A stretch of 64,000 nucleotides of DNA from Planctomycetota bacterium (GCA_965223505.1 CBDCWP010000010.1:166299-230298); one strand, 5' to 3'; shown: positions 19,904-29,840, numbered from the stretch's first letter. Made by a program: numbers and translations. Notes: generated by a model not told the origin, from the sequence alone.

Positions 19904-21004
19904 CTACGCGCTCGTCAGCACCACGGCGCCGGCTTGCCCGAGAAGGCCGCCGGTCAGGACCAAGACCCCGTTCGAGGCCCGTTGGGCGGCCAGCGCGACG
20001 ACGATCGACTCGTGGGCTGCGGCGAGATACCCCAAGTGCTTCGACGGCGTCCAGGCCTCGGCTTCGAGCGTCGCAACGGCCGCGTCCGCCTCGGCGCGGG
20101 CCGCCGCGGTCGCGCACGGGGGCGTCACGACGAGGGCGATCCGCGCTCGGCGCGCGTCACGCAACGCGCCCTGAAGCGCCGCCGCCAGCGTCTGTCGTTC
20201 GGGCCCGTAGCCCACCGCCGGCCCCGTTGACGCGGCCGATCCGGCGATGGTCGCGAGCGGACGCGCGCCGCGTCGCTCCGCGTGCGCGCGCGTCTCGATC
20301 ACCAACGCGCCCGCGCCGTCGCCGGGCTCCAGCGCGTCGAGCTCGAGCTGATCGATCTCGTGCAACGCGACGGGCGCGCTGCCGACCGACGCGCCGACGA
20401 CGACGGCGAGGTCGAGCCGTCCGGTCGCAACGGACCGGGCTGCGAGCGAGAGCAGGTGTTGCGACGTCGCGGAGAACCCCGCCACGCTCGTGTTCGCGCC
20501 TTGCAGCTCGTACCAGGTAGCGAGAAACGAGTAGACGTTGTTCTTCAGGTTCTCGAGCAGGAAGAACGGCTTCACGCGGCGCGCGCACGCCTGGTTGAGG
20601 GTCTTTGCCTCGTACGTTCGCCCTTCCGGGTTCGCGGCCACGAACCCCGGCCGGAAGTCCAGGCACGCCCACTCGGTTGCGTCGCCCTGTGCGAGATAGA
20701 GTCCCTTTCTCGGGCCCGCGATCTCGCCGCCGTCCAGCCCGGCTTGCAGCGCCGCCTCGCGCGTGGCGTCCACGGCGAACCGGCCGCTGGCGCTCAGGAA
20801 CTTGATCTGGCTCTCGAGGTCGCGCGGCACGTCGCAGTGGATCGACGTGTCCTCGATGCGCGCGCCGCGAACGGGCGTTGCGCCGTAGAGATTGCGAACG
20901 GCGGACGCGCCGGATGTCAGTTGCGACGTCGTGGTATCCACGCCCCGCCCGAGCGCGGTGACGACACCGGCGCCGGTGATGACGACGTCGCACTTGTCGT
21001 TCAC
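19904..21004 (-). CDS. Ketosynthase-like protein lacking the catalytic Cys (CLF/KS-beta-like)
   Basis: VVITGAGVVTALG, PFFLLENLKNN, PGDGAGALVIE; ANTSVAGFSATS where the Cys is expected. Confidence 0.8.
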   Translation of the reverse strand: MNDKCDVVITGAGVVTALGRGVDTTTSQLTSGASAVRNLYGATPVRGARIEDTSIHCDVPRDLESQIKFLSASGRFAVDATREAALQAGLDGGEIAGPRKGLYLAQGDATEWACLDFRPGFVAANPEGRTYEAKTLNQACARRVKPFFLLENLKNNVYSFLATWYELQGANTSVAGFSATSQHLLSLAARSVATGRLDLAVVVGASVGSAPVALHEIDQLELDALEPGDGAGALVIETRAHAERRGARPLATIAGSAASTGPAVGYGPERQTLAAALQGALRDARRARIALVVTPPCATAAARAEADAAVATLEAEAWTPSKHLGYLAAAHESIVVALAAQRASNGVLVLTGGLLGQAGAVVLTSA

Positions 21005-21453
21005 GACGACTCCGGCGCGCCGCGAAGCATGTCGAACGACCGCCGGGCCGCCTCTCGCGAGGCGAGATCCTCGAGCGCGGTCACCCGTGCTTCGAACTCG
21101 ATCACGGCGGCGCGTTCGCCCTCGACCGACGCCTCGGCCCGGTAGGCGCGGCGTGCTTCGTCGTCCGACGCCGTCCGCTCGATCGACAGGTCCACGCGGT
21201 CGCCCGGCGCGGCGAACCGGTAATAGCGGGCGGAGACGACGCGATCCAAGAGCACCCAACGCTCGAACGCCGAGGACGACGCCTCCATCCAGCCGGCGAG
21301 CTGTGCGAGCGCCTCGAGAATCAGCATGCCGGGCAGGATCGGCCGCTCGGGAAAGTGCCACTCGAGGTAGTCCTCGCTCATGGCCACGTTCTTCCAGCCG
21401 GTTGCGCGGTCGGCCTCGATGGACCGGATCCGATCGACGAGCAGGTACCTCAT
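21001..21453 (-). CDS. fabZ: 3-hydroxyacyl-ACP dehydratase, FabZ family
   Basis: MRYLLVDRI, KNVAMSEDYLEWHFPERPILPGMLILEALAQ. Confidence 0.9.
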   Translation of the reverse strand: MRYLLVDRIRSIEADRATGWKNVAMSEDYLEWHFPERPILPGMLILEALAQLAGWMEASSSAFERWVLLDRVVSARYYRFAAPGDRVDLSIERTASDDEARRAYRAEASVEGERAAVIEFEARVTALEDLASREAARRSFDMLRGAPESS

Positions 21454-21848
21454 GCGCCCGCCCTCTGGAGGATCACCGATGCCATGGCGTGCGCGCCGGT
21501 GTGGGTCAACGAGACCGACGCTGCTCCGAGCGCCTGCGTGCGGGCGACGCGCAGCGGCCGTCCCGAGAGCCGAAGCGTCGGCGCGCGGCCTTCCCGCACG
21601 ACTTCGATCTCCTTGAGCGCGCGGTCGATGCCGGTGGGCGTGATGCCGATGCCCAGCGCCTTGAGCGCGGCCTCCTTCGCCGCGAAACGGGCCGCGAAGT
21701 GCGGCAGCGGATCCGGGTGTCGCCGGCAATAGCTGCGCTCGTCGTCGGTGAACACGCGCGCCTCGAACGCTGCGTGCCGCGCCATCACATCGCGCAGATG
21801 CGCGACGTCGACGAGGTCGATGCCGTGGCGAACCGAGCCCTTCTTCAT
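21450..21848 (-). CDS. acpS: Holo-ACP synthase
   Basis: GIDLVDV, RVFTDDE, AARFAAKEAALKALG, SVSLTH. Confidence 0.95.
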   Translation of the reverse strand: MKKGSVRHGIDLVDVAHLRDVMARHAAFEARVFTDDERSYCRRHPDPLPHFAARFAAKEAALKALGIGITPTGIDRALKEIEVVREGRAPTLRLSGRPLRVARTQALGAASVSLTHTGAHAMASVILQRAGA

Positions 21849-22600
21849 GCGACCGACATCCCTCCGTCGACCAGGAAACCCTGGCCCGTAATGTAGGCGG
21901 CGTCGTCCGAGCAGAGGAAGAGGACCAGGCCCGCCACGTCTTCCGGCGTGCCGAACCGTCCGGCCGGAATGCGTTCGAGGACCTGATCGCCGGCACGCCG
22001 CTTGACCACCGCCGTCATGTCCGTGTCGATGAAGCCGGGCAGAACCGCGTTGGCCTGGATATTGCGCCCCGCCATCTCCAGGGCGGTGGCGCGCGTGAAC
22101 GCGAGCACGCCGCCTTTGGCCGCGGCGTAGTTGGCCTGCCCGACGCCGCCGCGCACCGAGCTGATCGAGGCGATGTTGACGATGCGACCGGCGCGCGCGC
22201 GCATCATCGGCCGCAGCGCGGCGCGCGTGCAGAGATAGACCCCCGTGAGATTCACGTCGATGACGCGCTGCCAGTCCTCGGGTCGCATCGTGAGCAGCAA
22301 CGTGTCCTTCACGATGCCGGCGTTGTTCACGAGCGCGTCGAGGCGACCGTGGTCATCGAGCACACGTTCGAAGAGCGCGCGTACGCCGTCTTCGTTGCCG
22401 ACGTCGGCCCGGACGGCTTGGGCGCTGCCGCCGGCGGCCTCGATCTCCGCGACCAAGGACGCGGCGTCATCGGCGGACGACGCGTAGTTGGCGATCACGT
22501 GGGCGCCGTTCGCTGCGAGACGCCGGGCCACCGCCCGTCCGATGCCGCGGGAAGCGCCCGTCACGAGCGCGACGCGGTCATGCAGGTTGTCGCGAATCAT
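21845..22600 (-). CDS. fabG: 3-oxoacyl-ACP reductase
   Basis: TGASRGIG, NNAGIVKD, GQANYAAAK, PGFIDTDM. Confidence 0.93.
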   Translation of the reverse strand: MIRDNLHDRVALVTGASRGIGRAVARRLAANGAHVIANYASSADDAASLVAEIEAAGGSAQAVRADVGNEDGVRALFERVLDDHGRLDALVNNAGIVKDTLLLTMRPEDWQRVIDVNLTGVYLCTRAALRPMMRARAGRIVNIASISSVRGGVGQANYAAAKGGVLAFTRATALEMAGRNIQANAVLPGFIDTDMTAVVKRRAGDQVLERIPAGRFGTPEDVAGLVLFLCSDDAAYITGQGFLVDGGMSVA

Positions 22601-23826
22601 GCGTCGTCTCCGAAAGCCCGCACCGCCAAGACGGCGTTCTGTCCGCCGAACGCGAAGGAGTTGTTCAGCGCGGCGGTGACCACCGCTTGCCGGCTCGCGT
22701 CCGGGACGAGGTCCAGATCGCATGCCGGGTCCGGTTGCGTCAAGTTGCGTGTCGGCGGCACCGCGCCGCGGCGGATGGCGAGGACGCAGAAGATGAACGC
22801 GACGCCGGCCGCGGCCGAGAGCAGATGGCCGATCGCGCCCTTGCCGGACGACACGGCCAACGCGGCGGCGTGATCCCCGAACACCGTGTGGATCGCCCGG
22901 ACCTCGGCGGGGTCGTTGCGCTTCGTCCCGGTCCCGTGGGCGTTGACGAACTGGACCTCGCTCGGCGCGAGTCCGCCGTCGCGCAGCGCGGCGTCCATGG
23001 CTTCCGCGGCGCCGCGGCCGTCCGGCGGCGGTGCGGTCGTGCGATAGGCGTCCAGCGAGGAGCCGTAGCCGGCCACCTCGGCGTAGATGCGCGCCCCACG
23101 GGCGCGGGCGTGTTCGAGCTCCTCGAGCACGACGCAGCCGGCGCCCTCGCCCATGACCAGCCCCGAGCGCTTGCGGTCGAACGGCTTGCAGGCCGCGGCC
23201 GGATCGTCCCCGACCGAAGCGGAGGCGCCCAGCAGCACGAAGAAGACGAGTCCCAGCGGGTTGATCATCGAGTCCGCGCCGCCGGCGATCATCCAGTCCG
23301 TCTCGCCCCGGCGAATGCTGCGAAACGCGGCGCCGAGCGCCTGGTTGGACGCGGAGCAGGCCGTGGTCACCGCGTGCACCGGACCGCCGAGACCCAATTC
23401 CCGGGCCAACAGTACGGCCGGCAGCTCCGCCGTGTTGCGGATCAGACTCTCCGGATGGACCGCCGCCGCATCGTCGACGCCGACGTCCTCGAGCCGGTGG
23501 ACGCCGGGGCCGGAACCCAGGATCACGCCGGCCCGGTCGTGCGCCCCGCGTTCGATGCCGGCGTCGGCAGCCGCGTTCGTTCCGGCGGCGACGCCGAACA
23601 GCGTGCGCAGATCGCATGCCGCGGCGGCAGGCAGGGAGGTGCGCAGGCGCTCGACCACGGCGTCGTCGACCTCGCCGACCGCGCCCGTGGGGGGGCGCGT
23701 CGCACCGTGCCGCCGCGACGCCGTGACGCCCGCGTCTCCGCCCAGCATGCGCTCCCACACCGTGTCCACGTCGTCTCCGAACGGTGTGACCAGCCCCAGC
23801 CCTGTGATGACCACGCGCCGGCTCAT
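22597..23826 (-). CDS. fabF: Beta-ketoacyl-ACP synthase (FabF-like, active C-H-H triad)
   Basis: TTACSAS, NAHGTGT, GAIGHLL, NNSFAFGGQN. Confidence 0.92.
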   Translation of the reverse strand: MSRRVVITGLGLVTPFGDDVDTVWERMLGGDAGVTASRRHGATRPPTGAVGEVDDAVVERLRTSLPAAAACDLRTLFGVAAGTNAAADAGIERGAHDRAGVILGSGPGVHRLEDVGVDDAAAVHPESLIRNTAELPAVLLARELGLGGPVHAVTTACSASNQALGAAFRSIRRGETDWMIAGGADSMINPLGLVFFVLLGASASVGDDPAAACKPFDRKRSGLVMGEGAGCVVLEELEHARARGARIYAEVAGYGSSLDAYRTTAPPPDGRGAAEAMDAALRDGGLAPSEVQFVNAHGTGTKRNDPAEVRAIHTVFGDHAAALAVSSGKGAIGHLLSAAAGVAFIFCVLAIRRGAVPPTRNLTQPDPACDLDLVPDASRQAVVTAALNNSFAFGGQNAVLAVRAFGDDA

Positions 23827-24266
23827 GCGCCGAGGACCCCGCCGTAGTACGCGAACCGCTTCCGCAGGACGTCGGGTTCGGGATGGGGGAGATGACCGTA
23901 CAAGACCCGGCCGATGCGCGCGACCTCGACCCCGTCGACCTCAGCCCACGCGTGCCCGATCGACCCCTTGGGGTTCGTGCCCCGTAGCTCGCCGAAGAGC
24001 GTCAGCGTGCGCCCGGGACCGATCTCGGGGACCACCTCGACGTCCTCCAGCACCGAGAGAACGACCATGAGCGTGTAGTCGTGGCGGTGGATCGCGAGCC
24101 AACCGAGGAGCTGCACCATCGCCTCGATGATCAGCGACGACGGCACGAGCGCCCTGCGATCGAAGTGGCCGCGCAGGTACTCCTCGGAGATCGACAGTGA
24201 CTTCACGCCCTCGATGCGGTTGCCGGGCTCGAAACGGGTGACGCGGTCGAAGAGAAGGAATCTCAC
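23823..24266 (-). CDS. Second FabZ-like hot-dog dehydratase
   Basis: VRFLLFDRV, KSLSISEEYLRGHFDRRALVPSSLIIEAMVQ; GTG overlaps the upstream stop. Confidence 0.85.
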   Translation of the reverse strand: MRFLLFDRVTRFEPGNRIEGVKSLSISEEYLRGHFDRRALVPSSLIIEAMVQLLGWLAIHRHDYTLMVVLSVLEDVEVVPEIGPGRTLTLFGELRGTNPKGSIGHAWAEVDGVEVARIGRVLYGHLPHPEPDVLRKRFAYYGGVLGA

Positions 24267-25213
24267 GGCGACTCCAACAGGATCGCAGCGCAACCGCCGT
24301 GGCTGGCCCGCGTGAGCACGAGCGCGCTGCCCGCGCCGGTCGCGTGGAAGTGGTCCACGCAGGCGACGAGATCGACGAGCGGTTCCGCCGCGCCGCGGCT
24401 CGAGCGCACGGCGCCGCGTTGCTCGACCAGCGCATCGGCGAGGCCGTAGGCCTGGAGCTCGAACCACAGGTCCAGTGGCGCGCGGACGTGCCCGACGCTC
24501 TGCGGATCGCGTTCTCGAAGCACCGTGCGAATGGCGCGCGTGCAGGCGTCGCCGGAGCCGTACTCGAAGGTCGACGTTCCCGCGACGACGAAGGCCAGGG
24601 CAGCGACCCCTCGATCCTTCGCCGACGCCTCCGACTCGAGCACGCACGCCGCGCCCGCCTGCTCGCGTTCGGCCGGCTCACCCCGCAGCGCGTCCCGTAG
24701 CCGGGCGGGCGTCGTCAGGTCCTCGGACACGCCCGCGCACAGCGCGGCCTGTGCGGCGCCTTCGTCGATGGCGTGATGGGCTTCGATGAGCGCGCGCATG
24801 CCGGCATCGGACTCGCTGGCCAGGACGGCGTTGTCTCCGCGAATGCCGAGGTCGGTGGCGATCTGTCCCGCCGCGACGTTGTTCAGCATCGCGAGCGGCC
24901 ACAACGGGTGAATCGAACGGTACGCGCCCGCGAAGAAGCGGGCTTCGTCGATCCGCCCGTCCACGCGCGACGCGTCGGCGGCCGCGACGAGATCGTCGGC
25001 GCCGTCGACCATGCCCATGCCGAAGAAGAGCCCCACGCGGCGCGGGTCCAGCTCCTGCAGACGTCCCCGGCGGTACGCCTCCGGCGCGACCGTCTCCAAC
25101 ATCCGACCGTGCGCGCCGAGAATGCGGAGCGCCGGATCGGCATCGACGTCCATCACGTCCGACGACGCCATGTCGCTTCGACACGCGGCCGTGATCGCGA
25201 CGCGCCCGGCCAT
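24263..25213 (-). CDS. Second Cys-less ketosynthase-like protein (CLF-like)
   Basis: RVGLFFGMG, HPLWPLAMLNNVAAGQIA, GIRGDNAVLASESDAG (no Cys). Confidence 0.8.
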   Translation of the reverse strand: MAGRVAITAACRSDMASSDVMDVDADPALRILGAHGRMLETVAPEAYRRGRLQELDPRRVGLFFGMGMVDGADDLVAAADASRVDGRIDEARFFAGAYRSIHPLWPLAMLNNVAAGQIATDLGIRGDNAVLASESDAGMRALIEAHHAIDEGAAQAALCAGVSEDLTTPARLRDALRGEPAEREQAGAACVLESEASAKDRGVAALAFVVAGTSTFEYGSGDACTRAIRTVLRERDPQSVGHVRAPLDLWFELQAYGLADALVEQRGAVRSSRGAAEPLVDLVACVDHFHATGAGSALVLTRASHGGCAAILLESP

Positions 25214-26502
25214 CAAGCAGCCGGTCCCAGGCACAGACAGCCGTTCTGCCCGCCGAACCCGAACGAACTGGAGAGCACGACCGAGTGTTCCATCTCGCGC
25301 GCCTCGTTGGGCACGTAGTCGAGGTCGCAGCGCCGGTCGGGAAACTCGTAGTTGATCGTGGGGAGCACCACGCCGTCGCGCATGCCGCGAAGGCTCAGGA
25401 TCGCTTCGATCGCGCCCGCGGCGCCGATCGTGTGCCCGAGCATGCTCTTGTTGCTGGAGACAGGCACCCGCGCGGCGCGCCCGCCGATCACGCGCTTGAT
25501 CGCGAGCGTCTCGACGGGGTCGTTGGTCGGTGTCGAGGTGCCGTGGGCGTTCACGTAGTCGACGTCGTCGGGCGTGAGCCCGGCGTCGCGGATCGCGCGC
25601 CGCATGGCGAGCACGGCCCCGTCGCCGCGCGGATGCACGTCGGTGATGCGATAGGCGTCGGCCGAGTCTCCGTATCCGAGGATCTCGCCGAGCGCGTCCA
25701 CCCCCCGCGCGCGTGCGTTCGCGAGCGTCTCCAGGATCAAGATGCCGGCGCCTTCGGCGATCACGAAGCCGTTGCGCTTTCGATCGAACGGTCGGGACGC
25801 GGCCTGCGGCGATGGATAGCGCCTGGTGAGCGCACCGAGAATGGCGAACCCGAGGTAGCCCGAGTAGGACAGCAACGGCTCGGCGCCACCGGTGACGACG
25901 GCGTCGGCGCGGCCCTCCCGTAGGAGCCGTGTCGCCTCGCCGATGGCCTGCGCACCCGCGGCGCACGCGCTCACGATCGGCAGCGCCGCGCCGCGCGCGT
26001 CGACGTAGTTCGCCAACAGCGCCGGCGCCGCGTCGGGCTGACGGACGGTGAATTGGCGGCTGTCGTACTGCGCCTCCCCGGCGAGGCCGGCGGCGTCCAG
26101 CACGCCGTCGTCGTCGGTATGGCGAACGTAGCGGTCGATCTCGGCGATGCCGGGGGTCGAGCCGTGGCCGCCGAGCACGACGGCGACGCGGGTGCGGTCC
26201 TCGATCTCGTCGAGCTTCGCGGTGCGGCGCGCGTCGTCGGTGGCCGTGCGTGCGAGGCGTAGCTCGGAGCCGCCCCGCTCGTCGTCCGGGTGCGGCGGCG
26301 CGAGATCGTCGTCATCGATCTGGCCGGCGATGTCGCACGGCAGGCCCGTGGCGTCGAAGCGGCGCACGACGTCCACGCCCGAGCGGCCCGCGCGCATGGC
26401 CGCGAAGACGTCGTCCAGGTCGCGGCCGAGCGGTGTGACGAGCCCCATGCCGGTGACGACGACGCGCTGCCGCGGGTCGATGTCGTCACGGCCCGCGAGC
26501 AC
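25213..26502 (-). CDS. fabF: Beta-ketoacyl-ACP synthase (FabF-like)
   Basis: VSACAAG, NAHGTST, KSMLGHTIGAAG, SSSFGFGGQN. Confidence 0.93.
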   Translation of the reverse strand: MLAGRDDIDPRQRVVVTGMGLVTPLGRDLDDVFAAMRAGRSGVDVVRRFDATGLPCDIAGQIDDDDLAPPHPDDERGGSELRLARTATDDARRTAKLDEIEDRTRVAVVLGGHGSTPGIAEIDRYVRHTDDDGVLDAAGLAGEAQYDSRQFTVRQPDAAPALLANYVDARGAALPIVSACAAGAQAIGEATRLLREGRADAVVTGGAEPLLSYSGYLGFAILGALTRRYPSPQAASRPFDRKRNGFVIAEGAGILILETLANARARGVDALGEILGYGDSADAYRITDVHPRGDGAVLAMRRAIRDAGLTPDDVDYVNAHGTSTPTNDPVETLAIKRVIGGRAARVPVSSNKSMLGHTIGAAGAIEAILSLRGMRDGVVLPTINYEFPDRRCDLDYVPNEAREMEHSVVLSSSFGFGGQNGCLCLGPAA

Positions 26503-26506
26503 GGGG

Positions 26507-27079
26507 CTAGGCCCCCGCGAAGAGCTTCTGCTCGGACTCGACCTTCTGGATCCACTGTTGGATCAACACGTCTCCGTCGGGGTAGACGCAGTCCGCGCCG
26601 CATGCCCCGCACTTGACGCGGGCGCCGTCCTCGCTCTTCCACGTGTCCTGCGCGTTGCAGGCGGTGCACGCCTGTGGCAGGTGGTCCAGGATGTTCGCTA
26701 CGCCGTCCGCGACGATCTTCGGTGTGACGAGCGCGGGGATCTCGTCGGCGTACAAGCCGGCTTCGAGCGCGTCGAGATCGCCCATGTACATGCGCAGCAG
26801 CTTCGCCGCCGGCTCCGTGATCTTGTTGTCCCTGTCGATGGCGACGCCGTCGCCCAGCTGCTCCTCGACGTGGTCCAGGATCAGCTGCGAGGCGAGCTGG
26901 ATGCCGAACGCGTTCTCGAGCCGGAAGTTCACGTCGAGGAAGTCGATGGACGTGGCCTGGAGCGACTTGACGACCGAGGCGTCCATCGCGATGTCGTCCT
27001 CGTTCAGGCGGAGGGTCGCGGCCAGGGCGCTGCGGACTTCGGCCTCGATGCGTTCGCGACTGACGAGCGGGTTCGACAT
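26507..27079 (-). CDS. Extended acyl carrier protein with C-terminal CxxC-x15-CxxC module
   Basis: ACP core with SLQATSIDFLDVNFRLENAFGI (Ppant Ser), an extended segment, then CTAC...CGAC; 190 aa. Confidence 0.8.
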   Translation of the reverse strand: MSNPLVSRERIEAEVRSALAATLRLNEDDIAMDASVVKSLQATSIDFLDVNFRLENAFGIQLASQLILDHVEEQLGDGVAIDRDNKITEPAAKLLRMYMGDLDALEAGLYADEIPALVTPKIVADGVANILDHLPQACTACNAQDTWKSEDGARVKCGACGADCVYPDGDVLIQQWIQKVESEQKLFAGA

Positions 27080-27147
27080 CGATCGGGGTCTCCGGGGCGG
27101 CGGGTCGGTGTACCCGGCACTCGGGGCGTTTGCAAGGCGTGCGAAGG

Positions 27148-27906
27148 TCAGTCGGCGCTCCCGCGAAACAGCCGATTGGAGAGGCCCCGATCTACCACGA
27201 GCGTTTGTCCCACCACGCCCGCCGACCCGGCGCCGCACAGGAAACGGACCGCGGCGGCCACCTCCGCTTCGGGCACGAAGAACCGCTCGGGCAGCGACTC
27301 GAGCTCCGGCCAGACCCGCCGCAGCGTCTTGTAGGCGTCCGTCTTGACCAGGCCCGCGCAGACGGCGTTCGCGCGAATGCCCCGCGGACCCAGCTCTTCG
27401 GCCCACTGTCGCGTCATCGACTCCATGGCGGCCTTGATCGGTCCGAGGGGGTACTGGCGGTTCATGAATCGCGAGCCCAGACTCGAGATGAACACGATCG
27501 ATCCCCCCTGGCGCTCCAGCAGGGGCAGCGCCTTCTGAACGCAATAGACGTTGCCCAGCAGATTCGTGTCGACCAGCTGCCGCAGGTCACGCTCCAGCAA
27601 CCGCGCCGTGTCCTTGAACGGTGCGCGCGCCGCGTTGAGCACGAGGATGTCGAGGCGGCCGAACGCCTCCTGCACGCCGGACAGGAGCGCGTCGACCTGT
27701 TCTTTCGACGCGATGTCCGCACCGACGAAGGTCGCCCGACGCCCGAGCGCGGCCACGGCCTCCACGGTCTCGTCGGCGGCGCGTCCGGGCGCGCGTCCAT
27801 GGACCACGACGTCGGCGCCGTCCCCGGCGAGCCGTAACGCGATCGCGCGGCCGATGCCGCGGCTGCTGCCGGTGACCAGTGCGACCTGTCCGTCGAGGGT
27901 TCCCAT
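27148..27906 (-). CDS. SDR oxidoreductase, FabL-like enoyl-ACP reductase
   Basis: TGSSRGIG, LNAA, ISSLGS, YPLGPIKAAMESM, GQTLVVDRG. Confidence 0.7.
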   Translation of the reverse strand: MGTLDGQVALVTGSSRGIGRAIALRLAGDGADVVVHGRAPGRAADETVEAVAALGRRATFVGADIASKEQVDALLSGVQEAFGRLDILVLNAARAPFKDTARLLERDLRQLVDTNLLGNVYCVQKALPLLERQGGSIVFISSLGSRFMNRQYPLGPIKAAMESMTRQWAEELGPRGIRANAVCAGLVKTDAYKTLRRVWPELESLPERFFVPEAEVAAAVRFLCGAGSAGVVGQTLVVDRGLSNRLFRGSAD

Positions 27907-28013
27907 TGCGGCGAATCGTACCGGCCCGGATCGTCCATGAACACGTGTTGCGTCGCGGGGGACCCGTACGATCCAAAGTAGCGCCGGGGTTCCCGCTCCG
28001 TACCATCCTGCGC

Positions 28014-29195
28014 ATGACGATTGCGATCGAGGACCGCGTGGCAGTCAAAGAGACGACCAGAACCGTGCGCAACTTCCAGGCGTTGAGCTCGCTCTTCGAT
28101 GCGATCGAGTCCGGCGAGACGCCGAAGCCCCGATTGGATCGATCTCGCCGGCGACGCCCGGCTCACGTCGCTGGACGACGAGCAGCTGCGCGGCGTCCTC
28201 GCGCGGATTCACGCGTGCACGTTGCGGGGGGTTCAAGGCCAACAACGTGAAGAAGCGCGGGAAGCAGGAGTTCCTGCGCTACTGGCAGTCGATCACCCGG
28301 AGCGGGTTCCACGACTTCGCGGAAGACTGCTGGATGAAGTGCTACGACTCGCCGCACGTCGAGAACTACGACTACGTACAGGCGTACCTGGACCGCGGGC
28401 TCGACGCGCTCGACCCCTACATGGTGTATTCGTCCGTTCTCGGCACGTGGGAGTACTCCGTCGAGGACTTCGTCAACACGGAGCTCTGCCGCGACGTGCA
28501 GACCGTCGTGGAGCCGCTGGCAGGCAGCGCCGAGTTCTGCCACACGGGGCACTTCCGGTATCCGGACATGAAGCTTTTTCATGTTCGACCTCGACGAAGA
28601 GGCCAAGAAGCACGTCGAGGAGAAGTTCTGGCACCCGCAGACGCGGCGCGAGTACCTGATCGGCGACGCGCTTGCGGAGGAGACCTGGAAGCAGGTCAAG
28701 GCCTTCTCGCACGGGAAGTCGCTCAGCTACATCGGCAAGCAGAGCCACAACTTCTTCGACACGAAGGAGCTCGTGCAGCTGCTCGACTGGGGTACGCGGT
28801 ACACCGACTACTTCATGCTCGAGGTGAGTGAACCCTATCTCGTCGAAGACGAGCCCACGCGCGACGATCTCACTCGGCGCGAGATGAAGGCCGCGGGATT
28901 CCGCGTGGCGCTCGACGACGTCGACGACCTCGTCCCGAACCCGTTGACGAACCGGCTCGACTTCAGCTTGATCGCGTGGAACAAGGCGGGCGACAAGCGC
29001 ACGCTGTTCGACTATCTCGGTTGGATCGGGTGGCAGGCGCCGACGCTGACCGCGCTCGGTCGTTTCCTCGGTCTGGAGTGCATGTACTTCCACTCGGAGG
29101 ACACCGAGTTCCTGCCCGTCACCGAGGGCACGGAGACGTCCGACTGCCGCGAGAACAACACGTTCCTGCTGTTCCGACGGCCCGCCGACGCGTAG
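28014..29195 (+). CDS. Hypothetical protein, possible SAM-methyltransferase fold; three +1 frameshifts
   Basis: Four consecutive frames join at C4 (28128-28131), G6 (28226-28231) and T5 (28575-28579) into about 392 aa; VVEPLAGSAEF and MFDLD resemble SAM motifs I and II. Confidence 0.65.
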
Positions 29196-29198
29196 GCG

Positions 29199-29618
29199 CT
29201 AGATGTGGTTGCGGCGTTTCTTGTTCGCTGACGGGCCCTGTTTCATCACGAAGCGGTGATCTTCGACCAGACGCAACAGGTCGAACGCGCTCAGAATCCC
29301 CACGACCCGCTGCTCGTGCGTGACCACGACATGGTGAATCCCGTGATTGCGCATCACCCGCGCCGCCACCGACGGATCCGCGTACTGCGGCACCGTGAAC
29401 ACCTTGGTGCTCATGAGCAGGCTCGCCGGCGTCGAATCCGAGGGAACCTCGAGCACGTCCGACTTCGACACGATGCCGGCGGCGCATCCCTCGTCGTCCA
29501 CCACGGGGACGCAGCTGATCCCTGCTTCGTCCATGGCGATGCGGATCAAGTCCACCGTCGTGGACCGTGAGATCGTCTTCACGTCTTTGACCATCAGATC
29601 GTCGACCGTCGTGTGCAT
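29199..29618 (-). CDS. CBS-domain protein
   Basis: VDDLM...ISCVPVVD...GIVSKSD and MRNHGIHHVVV...VVGILSAFDLL. Confidence 0.9.
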   Translation of the reverse strand: MHTTVDDLMVKDVKTISRSTTVDLIRIAMDEAGISCVPVVDDEGCAAGIVSKSDVLEVPSDSTPASLLMSTKVFTVPQYADPSVAARVMRNHGIHHVVVTHEQRVVGILSAFDLLRLVEDHRFVMKQGPSANKKRRNHI

Positions 29619-29840
29619 CGAAGCTCCTCGTGCGAGATTTTCCTCACAGGCGTGGGGTCCCGTTCTCAGCTGCGCAGCGGGTGCTCTCGACACAACCTCC
29701 TCCCGTAGGCGAAGTTGGCCCGTTTTCGGCCCGGAACGGGTGCTGAGGACGCTCCGAATACGCAAGAGCGGGACCGATTCGGCGTCCGGTGCCCGCGGCA
29801 CGCCCTTCGCGCAGTGGCGCACACTCCCGGAGGGCTTGAC

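Noticed and set aside
19904..27906. Calling the cluster ladderane lipid biosynthesis or the organism anammox
   Set aside because: Only the FAS-like core is similar. No radical SAM or other proposed ladderane enzymes and no anammox markers are in the window.
28128..28579. Programmed ribosomal frameshifting or phase variation in the 28-kb gene
   Set aside because: Three short homopolymer insertions in one gene, plus the same pattern in floA, nfeD and the rseB-like gene, are better explained by sequencing error.
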